From Harriotta raleighana (taxonomy: Eukaryota), in the NCBI GenBank assembly GCA_050575255.1, contig JBNZDD010013732.1, positions 8,586,990 to 8,650,989 on the forward strand: a DNA stretch of 64,000 nt, written 5' to 3'. Of this stretch, positions 22,701 to 30,720 are shown piece after piece. The translations under genes were made by a program, and so were the position numbers. Under the pieces are notes generated by a model. The model saw only the letters and a list, made by a program, of their open reading frames with translations. It was not told the DNA's origin and searched no databases. How positions within the stretch are numbered: position 1 is the first letter of the stretch; each line of letters begins with the position of its first letter.

Positions 22701-24708
22701 TGCTTGGTTCATTGTGTTTGCAGTCTCAATAACTGCAGCAGTTTTCATAATCGTATATGGTCTTCATTATGGCTTGCTGATATCCTGGCATTGGCTGCTT
22801 GCTTCCGTTACTTCGTTCCTGCAAGGTGTATTTATTTTGCAACCTCTGAAGATCGCAGTCTTTTCTCTCCTATATGTCTGGCATCGCAGGCACATCAGAG
22901 AGATTGACTGGTTCACCAGGACTAACTGGCTGCAGACAGACGTGGAGAAAATGTACAAGATTAGTGCTGAATATTGTGCAATCTTACCCAAGGAAATGAA
23001 GCAGTACAGAGCACCAAATCCTGATGACTTAGTGATTGCAAAGAGACAAGGTGTAATCAGGAAAAAAGCTTTAATATTTTGCATACGAGTTGTCATCCAC
23101 TTGTTATTCCTTGTGTTACTGTTATGTGCAATCTCTTACTCAGACTACAAAAATTCATTTTATTACAACCAAATGATTCAGATAAAATTCTCTGAAGAGT
23201 TGTCAAACATCAACACAATTGAACAGGTATATACCTGGATGACAGCGACGTTTCTGCCATTGATCCACACTGACAGGGAGGAAAATTTTTTGGCAGCAAA
23301 CAATTACCACTTGGTTGGTTTGCCAAGAATGCGCCAGATCAGGTCAAAACAAAAATCTGTCCCTTGCTTTGGAAAGAATAGTTATATGCAGAAATCAAAA
23401 CTGGGACAGTATAGTTGCCATCCCTTATTTGATATCAGTCAGCAGGATAAAAGGGAATACAATGGGGCATGGACTTCACTTGTGAATAAAGAAAGTGCGC
23501 CTGTCAAAGATGTATTAAACTACACAGGGTGGATTTATGAAAATTACCATTCCCCTTGGTTCTTTTCTTCCAATGGTGATTATCATAGTTATCCATTGGG
23601 AGGCTACGCAGTTTATTTCTCTTCAAATTTGCAAGCTTCGATAGGATTAATGGAGTCACTCCGCAATGCCAGCTGGATAGATAGGAGCACGTGGGCTGTT
23701 ATCATTGAGAACACCATCTATAACCCAAATATTGATTTGTTTTGTACCATTTCAGTTATCTTTGAAATGATTCCACAAGGTGCAGTCACCAGGAAATTGA
23801 CTGTGAAATCTTTCTCTCTCCGGCTATTCGATAGAGATCAGGAATATTGGCTCCCCATCACTATTGTGCTGATCATTCTACTGGTAATTTTTGTTGCAGT
23901 GGCATGTCGGATGATGTATCGAGATAGGAAAAATTACTTGAAAAAGGCTATGAATGTTGTCAATCTGATACTTATAGTGCTGCTGCTAATAACAATATTA
24001 CTTTATGTGTCCAAATTCGTACTAGTAAGAAATGTAATTAACTATTACAAGAAAAAACCCATGTCTTTTATTCCTTTTCATGTAATTTCTGCCTTGGATC
24101 AGCTGTTAAGATTCACTGTTGCATTTTTAATTTTTTTAACTTTTCTGAAGACTCTTAGGTACACCCGTTTCCTCTACAACGTGCGCTTGGCAGAAAAGTC
24201 CATTATTTCAGCACTCCCAAGCATCTATTCCATGGCTTTATTATCAGCAATTTACTTTTTTATCTTTGTGTCCTTTGGCCATTTAGTCTTTGGTCAGTTT
24301 GACACAAATTACAACACCATCCCTCATGCAGCACAAACTATCATGGCATACTGTGCAACTACCTTTCATAGCACTTCTTTTTCATATAGCAGGCTTCTCG
24401 GTAGTCTATTCTTAGGTTTATTTCTGGTGATTATGATCTGTATCCTGCTTAACCTGTTCCAGGCAATCTTCATTCAGGCCTATGAAAATATGAAACCGCT
24501 TATTTATGAGCAGCCATCAGAGGATGCTGATGTGGTAATTTATCTAAGGAATGAATGCGAACGGTTTTGGTATTCCTTATGGAAAATCCCTCCAAAACCT
24601 GAAACTGAGTATTCTAATACATTGTTCTTCGGAGAAGATCATGGAAGAACTTTGAGATTAAAGAATAAGGAAATCAAAGGAAAAAACATAAACTACTTAA
24701 TTATCTGA
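16723..24708 (+). CDS. PKDREJ: Polycystin family receptor for egg jelly (PKDREJ), single-exon CDS, 2661 aa
   Basis: Uninterrupted ORF. ATG at 16723 is followed by a signal peptide (MRQCVLLCVLLVGGQA); the 16696 GTG start lies in the repeat. Contains REJ motifs (LNGSESEDPD, NAPPKIGSCSITPKRG), a GPS-like segment (~21034-21130), TM1, PLAT/LH2 (YLVTVYTG...WYLSRVKV...FLCRKW) and a polycystin channel region (LVGLPRMRQIR, WIDRSTWAVIIE). Intronless and next to CDPF1, as for mammalian PKDREJ. Confidence 0.95.
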   Translation: MRQCVLLCVLLVGGQAQESAVDPPMELRCPQQELYLLNTAVSYTCLWASTVTLSYQASPSVPATGVPPTCQWTVSGVTAATTRQWAGTQTLATPVTGSVITVSYTSATCPECDYRLIRVSLETQSVHYFSVASPWGLSVEYEDMALAWCALLKSPAWSYRLACDGGTPSLLTVPSQNHSPLPDHGLQAEQRALCTRYYTYVARVNYPQDGYYTCRLSSPQGPPLDLSLILSLEPELLGLLSAESGELSVQGASLQLSWRLSPAALDAVSYELASQASPGGLAWAVTRHSKASPAGLCAVPQALAGEQLGRLLLLVEPGGSVQASTGTIRLESGVLRVTHRGRSFSLTPSPTLAIRTVYHIGRNGDLYYAKTVPAQHSNVHSLLLRDQDITHFIKLEYRSASQYLLTTQLYLNRRANLYKALRPPYVTMSLYHSGSARLNQVVHVVWFIPAQHPIMQCAWVFTLNVTQASGAADVQTFTYRQMVPNAATYIPRVILHFTPRMFAGFVARVPCSSPGQKPVRLTATVGAYEPRPADTVISCVQEGCETPQPVIQKPPPPQTTMIVRKGSPFDVYGDAGLSCDAIVSATLSWKVYLTPNLMTEPDPNMNVKLPSSILSNIATLHVPKLTFHLGLYIFVFHVKMTISDPEVPFLENSDQIYIEVRSSELVALIAGGSLRIVAYHHTLALNGSESEDPDSASPHDGLTFAWYCTTKPSDYNRMVLSPGSKCINIQTQLNVVSDVPQILNLPPRRLKLKKTYHFRLVVQKGERKSYFDQIIKVLSGTPPETSINCIENCEKYILPTERFILSGICSNCARPDNLKYEWTLVSAKDFSKISFDWSNTATGRSLVYMSVNAKTFLVSEDTSYAFELKITTADGSSGIAMYAFNINAPPKIGSCSITPKRGIALLTKFTVHCSGFYDSNNPLRYKITAVAFTPSGTISTLQNKALGTIVYFGFEPKSPPIVLPVGASTGRRLLLIQVQVFDDLGAYSSVNLKVRVDDLTVGSLHDSIIDKLLTIVEGNTATLTILLHGTDYVEVNQLYYIMASVLNDRNFKGEELTKAIRFRQTILNGSADIEVTSTLLITQIAASIFEITKKKKEVSDTAQVVAATKLKELSSHLYNYTLGNIGSESTESLSAGIMTAGANVMAAFLLPFPKGGTEAGIPLTSNQLEVTKKVFPTLRSLTESVSNGKVPGEINTFMKVKEWEITVKKNEKQDVEDSYFSDTNCQNCIYPSLLKTTMSVKDPVSSVVYEFEENPVPWLGKSANIVTDVTAFDMFVTQKNGNIKDLYPEMLETILMRKIKVEPKRIKLAKDTVKTGVIIGEFKVGIDPSQVSEAFIQLVTEQNPTFEVKIYSGKDSATQSAAQTRTIPECESGESILKGRTFHIWDPYTFRIPINLFQKDPDNATGNNYATITVETNYAKAGRLLKKGIGVSFFTANCLTFEGNSDKWYTSACKTGILTNNERVHCICKSVRRMSRRVDRLLKFPWFLAATVLVLPEVVDLYDTRKLLDTLPRNVVTIVTVIIIFLLYFLIALWAFRKRKSDKALVGQVIVLPDNDPCKTFCYLVTVYTGSRPDSSTTADVFLTLVSKCFQSDIHHLKHPDHQIFLRAGVDTFLLTTEEDLGDLTSIRVWCKTAGHSPTWYLSRVKVQNVVTKQFWFFLCRKWFAAANGDGLLDRTFPAIHSEAFISRCDAFLIDYSTNIETDHLWFSVFTLKSDPSFTRFQRLACCLTMLLSSLLTSIMLYQKEVSGPVLTRLLRSLVIGIESALVMVPVQILTAGLFVYAQKEKAKYAQRADAKHQYEEFQKAHYEIIEQESKLDKLGRGHVHSKNWKDRLQKWYVEDEDEPKIEGNLNEPTKAADDDIYNLLSYNAGLDKVQSQPRKAFLNCTMPQSVADKITIDDTAAETDASTKKYRSKSSHVGQHSSTQLKVNKSRKARYSLQSEGKVSLQWKEDNHSLQGEKQNHSLKLEENSLDSSNMVLHKKTNSRLPFYVLCLAWFIVFAVSITAAVFIIVYGLHYGLLISWHWLLASVTSFLQGVFILQPLKIAVFSLLYVWHRRHIREIDWFTRTNWLQTDVEKMYKISAEYCAILPKEMKQYRAPNPDDLVIAKRQGVIRKKALIFCIRVVIHLLFLVLLLCAISYSDYKNSFYYNQMIQIKFSEELSNINTIEQVYTWMTATFLPLIHTDREENFLAANNYHLVGLPRMRQIRSKQKSVPCFGKNSYMQKSKLGQYSCHPLFDISQQDKREYNGAWTSLVNKESAPVKDVLNYTGWIYENYHSPWFFSSNGDYHSYPLGGYAVYFSSNLQASIGLMESLRNASWIDRSTWAVIIENTIYNPNIDLFCTISVIFEMIPQGAVTRKLTVKSFSLRLFDRDQEYWLPITIVLIILLVIFVAVACRMMYRDRKNYLKKAMNVVNLILIVLLLITILLYVSKFVLVRNVINYYKKKPMSFIPFHVISALDQLLRFTVAFLIFLTFLKTLRYTRFLYNVRLAEKSIISALPSIYSMALLSAIYFFIFVSFGHLVFGQFDTNYNTIPHAAQTIMAYCATTFHSTSFSYSRLLGSLFLGLFLVIMICILLNLFQAIFIQAYENMKPLIYEQPSEDADVVIYLRNECERFWYSLWKIPPKPETEYSNTLFFGEDHGRTLRLKNKEIKGKNINYLII
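16760..18400. promoter_or_regulatory. CpG island covering the 5' part of the PKDREJ CDS
   Basis: Dense CpG and GC-ending codons, fading to AT-rich sequence after ~18.8 kb. Confidence 0.7.
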
Positions 24709-26580
24709 TGACTCAAGCTATTCTTTGGCCATTAGGTCTTTGGTCAATTTGATGACGTTGGCCTGAATGTAGATTGCCTGGAACATAAACTACTTAATTA
24801 TCTGATGACTCAAAACTTTTCTTCAAAATTTGCAGCTGTTTTAAACACTTTGAAGAGATGACAAGAGTGCTTCCGATATAAACTGCTCACTTGGTTTATC
24901 TTTAAAACACTGAAGGACACACTTGCTCCCCCCCACCCCCCAACAAACGTGGAACACAAATTATTGTAATGCCTCAGAAACCACCACAATCTATTATCCC
25001 ACTTGTGCATCGATCGATATCCCAATGTTTAACCCACTTTCATCTCTCAGACACTGAATGTCTGCTATTCATTTCTAGCTTCAACATTTGAATACTAGAT
25101 TAAAACAATGAAAAAATTGATATGAGGAATACTTCTTGGAAAAATAATGGTCTTTATTTTGTGTGAAATGGCTTTGTGGGATGCAACAACAAAATGATCC
25201 TACAGAGCAGTATGACACGCATTGTGACCCAGCCATACCTTTTTAGATATATTTGACCTAAAAAGATACATTTCTTATGTCCTTTTTGTTTGTCAAGAAG
25301 CCACTTACAGTAAGACATGCCAAAGGGAGGTCTAAAGGAGATTTATTCTAACCGGAAAATCTGCAAATGGTAGAATAAAGCAGAAGTCTTAAGTGTTTTG
25401 TGAATTTACATTTTACATTTATCCTTTCCACTAGCATGTATATTCTACTGTGAAAGAATTTTATGAAATTTCCCCCAAAATAAAATGTTATGCTCCTCTT
25501 TTAATTAAAAATGGTTAATGAAGGAGCTGTAAATCTTCCCCCTTTAAGTATGGCATATATTTTATGATGCTCCATACTGTTCATGCTTAATGAGAAAGTC
25601 ACTTGTCTTCTATTCTTTGTCCCTTATGACTAAGCTGTGTGCAAGGGAAATTCCTCAATCTAAAATCATTTTTAACCTACAGCTCTGCTGTGAATCCATC
25701 CTTAAAGCAGTTTCAGTGGGCTCACGATTTGAAGGGACTTTTATCAATTTATTAAAGTTTTGGTGGTCACCTGAGATTCTAGTCCATTAAATAGTTGATG
25801 TTCCCTACAATGCCCTTCAGTAACCGAACTTGACTCTGCAGTGCTTTAAAGCATACAGCTCACTGTCATTAAAACCACTTTCAGAGTTTCTCCTAGAAAT
25901 ACAAATTCAATCACATTCCCTTTGCCTTCCTGATCTGTATTCAAAGTACAGGTTTCACATAAGTAAACAAAAGACTTATTACAACAACTAGAAACACATT
26001 TTCTGATTTTTTTTTTAGAAATAATAATAATCATTCATTTGATAAAGGTTTTTCAGATGGGGAGGACATCTCAAAGCGCTTCAAAGGATATAGAGTACTG
26101 GAATTGGAATGTATCATACAATATTAATAAAATTACACTTGTATAGCATCTTTCATGACAGGAAGACATCCCAAGGTGCTGGACAGTGATTGTTTCAGAC
26201 AATAAAACTATTTACCTCAGGAAGATGTGTCACACCAATTGATCAGTTTGGCTGGTAACAGCTGAGGGAGGGGAAAAGTGACAGAAAACATGGGCAAAGA
26301 AGTACATTTTATGATTTACAAACCTTGAAAGGGTTAGGAGGGAACAAAATTTAGAAATGTGAGTTCTAGAGAGCGGATGCTAAGTTGCTTAAAACCTCCT
26401 ACTGATGATGGGACCGATAGAGCAAAGAGCATGGAGAATGCCAGCGTTGACTGAGTGAAGGGAATGAGCACTTGCACTTAGTGATTTGAATATTAAGTCA
26501 GATTTTCACACACTGCTTGAACCTTCTGCAGTTATACACATACCCAAACTTGTTTGATCAGCTGAGGGCTTGCATTCTGA

Positions 26581-26703
26581 TCACTTTGAAGCCTGGGCTT
26601 TTTCTTTCTTTTCTAAGTCAGACTGAATCTCTTTAGGGAATTCTTCCAAGTTCTGTTTCACACAAGGGATGCAGAAACGCTTGGTATAGAAAAGACTGCA
26701 TTC
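26581..26703 (-). CDS. CDPF1: CDPF1 coding exon 3 (with stop)
   Basis: atttag|GAA TGC...AAG TGA; encodes ECSLFYTKRFCIPC. Confidence 0.95.
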   Translation of the reverse strand, partial: ECSLFYTKRFCIPCVKQNLEEFPKEIQSDLEKKEKAQASK

Positions 26704-27474
26704 CTAAATAATAAGGGAAAGAAATAATGGACAACAAAAACTATGCACAACAGTAAATTATAAAATACATCAAGGAAAGGTATTCAGTCATATCTACCTG
26801 TCCAACGCAGACGGCTGTATTGCACAAATAGCAATGGGCTCCCAAGATGAGGAATTTGTCTTTATCAGGAGTGAAAGGATCTTTCATTGTGTAGCATTTC
26901 TCCAACAACCTGATGGAAAAAGACAATTGTTCAAGCATTTTAGAGTACAGTTCCTCAACCAGAATTAATTGTTAACTATTGTACACCTGCCCTAATTTCC
27001 AATGTCCAAGTGATTCTTTTAAACTCTGTAGAAAATACCTTCTACCTTAGAGACACCTGCACAAGTATCTTCAATGGCTTTCTCACACTGTTACATGTGG
27101 CGTTTCCTCGAGGCTTGGTTCTCTCCTTTTTACCATGTATAACATCCCCTCCACCCCACCTTGGTGACATAATCCATAAACACGGGTTCACATATTCAGA
27201 CCTGTGCAACTGACTGGTTTAAATGGATGAGGATTATTATTATTCAAGATCCTATGTGAAAATTGCAAGTGACCCATGTTTCGTCCTCATTAGGATGTCC
27301 TCCCATCATGAAAAGCGCTCTATAAATGTAATTTTGTTGTTATTGTTTATAAGTCACTTACACAATGGAATTGGGATTTGGTGGTTTCTGCCCGTAGTAG
27401 CTGTATGGAACGGTGAGGCTGCATAACTGGCATTTAAACACTCCCTTTCGCTCTAGCTCCTCGTTTGACTGCAT
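26581..27474 (-). CDS. CDPF1: Cysteine-rich DPF motif domain-containing protein 1; complement(join(26581..26703,26798..26909,27362..27474)), 115 aa
   Basis: Splices in frame to MQSNEELERKGVFKCQLCSLTVPYSYYGQKPPNPNSIV-LLEKCYTMKDPFTPDKDKFLILGAHCYLCNTAVCVGQ-ECSLFYTKRFCIPCVKQNLEEFPKEIQSDLEKKEKAQASK*. DPF motif and CxxC pairs present; all introns GT-AG. Confidence 0.95.
26798..26909 (-). CDS. CDPF1: CDPF1 coding exon 2
   Basis: catcag|G TTG TTG...GGA CAG|gtagat; encodes MKDPFTPDKDKFLILG. Confidence 0.95.
27362..27474 (-). CDS. CDPF1: CDPF1 coding exon 1
   Basis: tttcag|ATG CAG...ATT GT|gtaagt; encodes FKCQLCSLTVPYSYYGQKPP. Confidence 0.93.
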
Positions 27475-27626
27475 CTGAAATAAAAATAGCAGCCAGCATT
27501 TCAAATGAATGACTTTTTTTCCCTGTCCAAAGCACAAAAAATGTAGAAAAGTTTACCCAGACCTTAAACAGCAACAGAGATTTGTCGCAGCTTTAGGAAA
27601 CACAATGGCTAAATAAGAAAAATTAC

Positions 27627-27722
27627 CTCAAAACTATATACCACGAAGAGTTTTGTGAAATGAGAGTCTGATCGTAGCGAATAGTCAAGAGAGGTGCTGC
27701 AGAACATTTGATCTCAGCAACT
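27627..27722 (-). other. CDPF1: Probable upstream exon of CDPF1 (5' UTR or N-terminal extension)
   Basis: Long polypyrimidine tract plus cag at the 5' side and a GAG|gtaatt donor. The CDPF1 ATG exon begins at an acceptor, so an upstream exon is required. Confidence 0.6.
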
Positions 27723-27759
27723 CTGCGGAGGGAGGAGGGGGAGGGAGGGGGAAAGAAGT

Positions 27760-27953
27760 AGTAATAATAACCCTTGTCTATGATACAGCACCTTATCATG
27801 TCTTCCAGACGTCTCAAAGCGCTTCACAGAATATACTGGAAAGTGAATCGACTGTATGTTTTGTGGGCAAAACGCAGTAGACCATCGAGCACAGTTTGTG
27901 TCCCACAAACAGTCGTGGATTGAGTGACCAAGTTATTATTTTTTTTGAAAAGG
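27760..27953 (-). mobile_element. Deu-domain SINE fragment running into the minisatellite
   Basis: Shares GTGTCCCACAAACAGTCGTGGATTGAGTGACCAA with the 5700-5908 copy. Confidence 0.8.
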
Positions 27954-29446
27954 ATTATTCCCCTCGGCATTACTGCATTCATTATTCCCCTCGGCATTAC
28001 TGCATTCATTATTCCCCTCGGCATTACTGCATTCATTATTCCCCTCGGCATTACTGCATTCATTATTCCCCTCGGCATTACTGCATTCATTATTCCCCTC
28101 GGCATTACTGCATTCATTATTCCCCTCGGCATTACTGCATTCATTATTCCCCTCGGCATTACTGCATTCATTATTCCCCTCGGCATTACTGCATTCATTA
28201 TTCCCCTCGGCATTACTGCATTCATTATTCCCCTCGGCATTACTGCATTCATTATTCCCCTCGGCATTACTGCATTCATTATTCCCCTCGGCATTACTGC
28301 ATTCATTATTCCCCTCGGCATTACTGCATTCATTATTCCCCTCGGCATTACTGCATTCATTATTCCCCTCGGCATTACTGCATTCATTATTCCCCTCGGC
28401 ATTACTGCATTCATTATTCCCCTCGGCATTACTGCATTCATTATTCCCCTCGGCATTACTGCATTCATTATTACCCTCGGCATTACTGCATTCATTATTA
28501 CCCTCGGCATTACTGCATTCATTATTACCCTCGGCATTACTGCATTCATTATTACCCTCGGCATTACTGCATTCATTATTACCCTCGGCATTACTGCATT
28601 CATTATTACCCTCGGCATTACTGCATTCATTATTACCCTCGGCATTACTGCATTCATTATTACCCTCGGCATTACTGCATTCATTATTACCCTCGGCATT
28701 ACTGCATTCATTATTACCCTCGGCATTACTGCATTCATTATTACCCTCGGCATTACTGCATTCATTATTACCCTCGGCATTACTGCATTCATTATTACCC
28801 TCGGCATTACTGCATTCATTATTACCCTCGGCATTACTGCATTCATTATTACCCTCGGCATTACTGCATTCATTATTACCCTCGGCATTACTGCATTCAT
28901 TATTACCCTCGGCATTACTGCATTCATTATTACCCTCGGCATTACTGCATTCATTATTACCCTCGGCATTACTGCATTCATTATTACCCTCGGCATTACT
29001 GCATTCATTATTACCCTCGGCATTACTGCATTCATTATTACCCTCGGCATTACTGCATTCATTATTACCCTCGGCATTACTGCATTCATTATTACCCTCG
29101 GCATTACTGCATTCATTATTACCCTCGGCATTACTGCATTCATTATTACCCTCGGCATTACTGCATTCATTATTACCCTCGGCATTACTGCATTCATTAT
29201 TACCCTCGGCATTACTGCATTCATTATTACCCTCGGCATTACTGCATTCATTATTACCCTCGGCATTACTGCATTCATTATTACCCTCGGCATTACTGCA
29301 TTCATTATTACCCTCGGCATTACTGCATTCATTATTACCCTCGGCATTACTGCATTCATTATTACCCTCGGCATTACTGCATTCATTATTACCCTCGGCA
29401 TTACTGCATTCATTATTACCCTCGGCATTACTGCATTCATTATTAC
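27954..29446. repeat. Minisatellite, 27-bp unit ATTATT(C/A)CCCTCGGCATTACTGCATTC, 55 full copies plus a partial copy
   Basis: Exact 27-bp period. The first 19 units carry C and the following 36 carry A at unit position 7; the switch is at 28467. Confidence 0.98.
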
Positions 29447-29519
29447 TCCACAGATGTGACCATCACCAAGTACAGAACACACACTTCAAAACATTGCACA
29501 CCCACGTGTGAACCAGTTT

Positions 29520-30420
29520 ATCTGTTCAAACGCAGACAGTGACAGCGGGGGCCGGTGTGTGGCAGTAGCCGGTGTCTGGCAGCGGGGGCCGGTGTCTGGC
29601 AGTAGCCGGTGTCTGGCAGCGGGGGCCGGTGTGTGGCAGTAGCCGGTGTCTGGCAGCGGGGGCCGGTGTGTGGCAGTAGCCGGTGTCGGGCAGTGGGAGC
29701 TGGGAGCTGGGGGCCGGGCCTGCGCGGGTTCCCCGGCTGCTGCAGTGATGGCGGGTGTCATGGCGGCCCCTGTGGTGAGAGGATCTCTCGCTCTCAGACG
29801 CGGCCGGTGGCTGTTTTCGGCCCCGGTTTGGTCCGGAGCCTCGGGCCCCGGGCGGTGGAGATGGAGCAGCGGCGGCGGGGGGACGGGGACCATCGTGTCG
29901 CTGCACCATCGCGGCATCTTCAAGGACATCTTCCCGGCGGCGGGCGATGTACCCGGGCTCCTGGCCTCGGGGCCTCAGACCATTTACTGCGGCTTTGACC
30001 CCACCGCCGACAGCCTGCACGTCGGTAACCTGCTGGCCCTGATCGGCCTCCTGCACCTGCAGCGGGCGGGTCACCACGTCCTGACCCTGCTGGGGGCGGC
30101 CACGGCGAGGCTCGGCGACCCCTCCGGCCGCCACAGAGAGAGGCCGCCGCTGGACGCTTCCCGCATCCAGGAGAACACCCGAGGCCTGCGGGAGGACATC
30201 CTGAGGGTCTTCCTGAACCACCGCCTCTGCTTCTGTACCGAGGCCCAGGCCGCCGCCCTGGGCGGCCACCGCATCCTCAACAACTCGGCCTGGTACCAGG
30301 GTAAGGAGGTGGTGGACTTCATGGCCACTGAGGGCAGACATTTCCGGATGGGCACCTTGCTGAGCAGACACAGTGTGCAGAGCCGCCTGAGGAGCCCCGA
30401 GGGCATGAGTCTGACCGAGT
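29520..30420. promoter_or_regulatory. CpG island over the YARS2 5' end; candidate divergent CDPF1/YARS2 promoter
   Basis: High GC and CpG density against an AT-rich background; the genes are head-to-head; E-box CACGTG at 29503-29508. Confidence 0.65.
29543..29690. repeat. GC-rich tandem repeat, 4 x 37 bp of alternating 20- and 17-bp subunits, upstream of the YARS2 ATG
   Basis: CAGCGGGGGCCGGTGT(G/C)TGG + CAGTAGCCGGTGTCTGG units start at 29543, 29580, 29617 and 29654. Confidence 0.92.
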
Positions 30421-30544
30421 TCACGTATCAGCTCTTCCAGGCTTATGATTTCTATCACTTGAATCAACGTTATGGCTGCAGGATCCAGCTGGGAGGCACT
30501 GACCAACTGGGCAACCTGATGTCCGGATATGAATTTATTCACAA
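29760..30544 (+). CDS. YARS2: YARS2 exon 1 coding part
   Basis: GC-rich ORF with HIGH-like motif; ends CAC AA|gtaaag. Confidence 0.95.
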
Positions 30545-30680
30545 GTAAAGGGCAAATCTTAAAATTTCTCTTCATGTACTGAATGCAGTACATCAGGCTA
30601 CTGTTTGTGTGTGTATGTGTGTGTATATAATTTGAGCCACACTTGCATTTATATCCTATCGTATCGATGCAATTCATTTA

Positions 30681-30720
<40 letters not shown>

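Noticed and set aside
27824-29542. Three long ORFs (552, 548 and 511 aa) and a CRISPR-like appearance
   Set aside because: They are translations of the 27-bp minisatellite. There are no unique spacers or cas genes, and the context is eukaryotic.
29646-29747. ORF-track N-terminal extension of YARS2
   Set aside because: Starts at a GTG inside the tandem repeat; the homologous start is MAAP at 29760 (or ATG 29748).
29486-30677. 383-aa and 147-aa minus-strand ORFs
   Set aside because: Antisense shadows of GC-rich YARS2 exon 1 and the 37-bp repeat.
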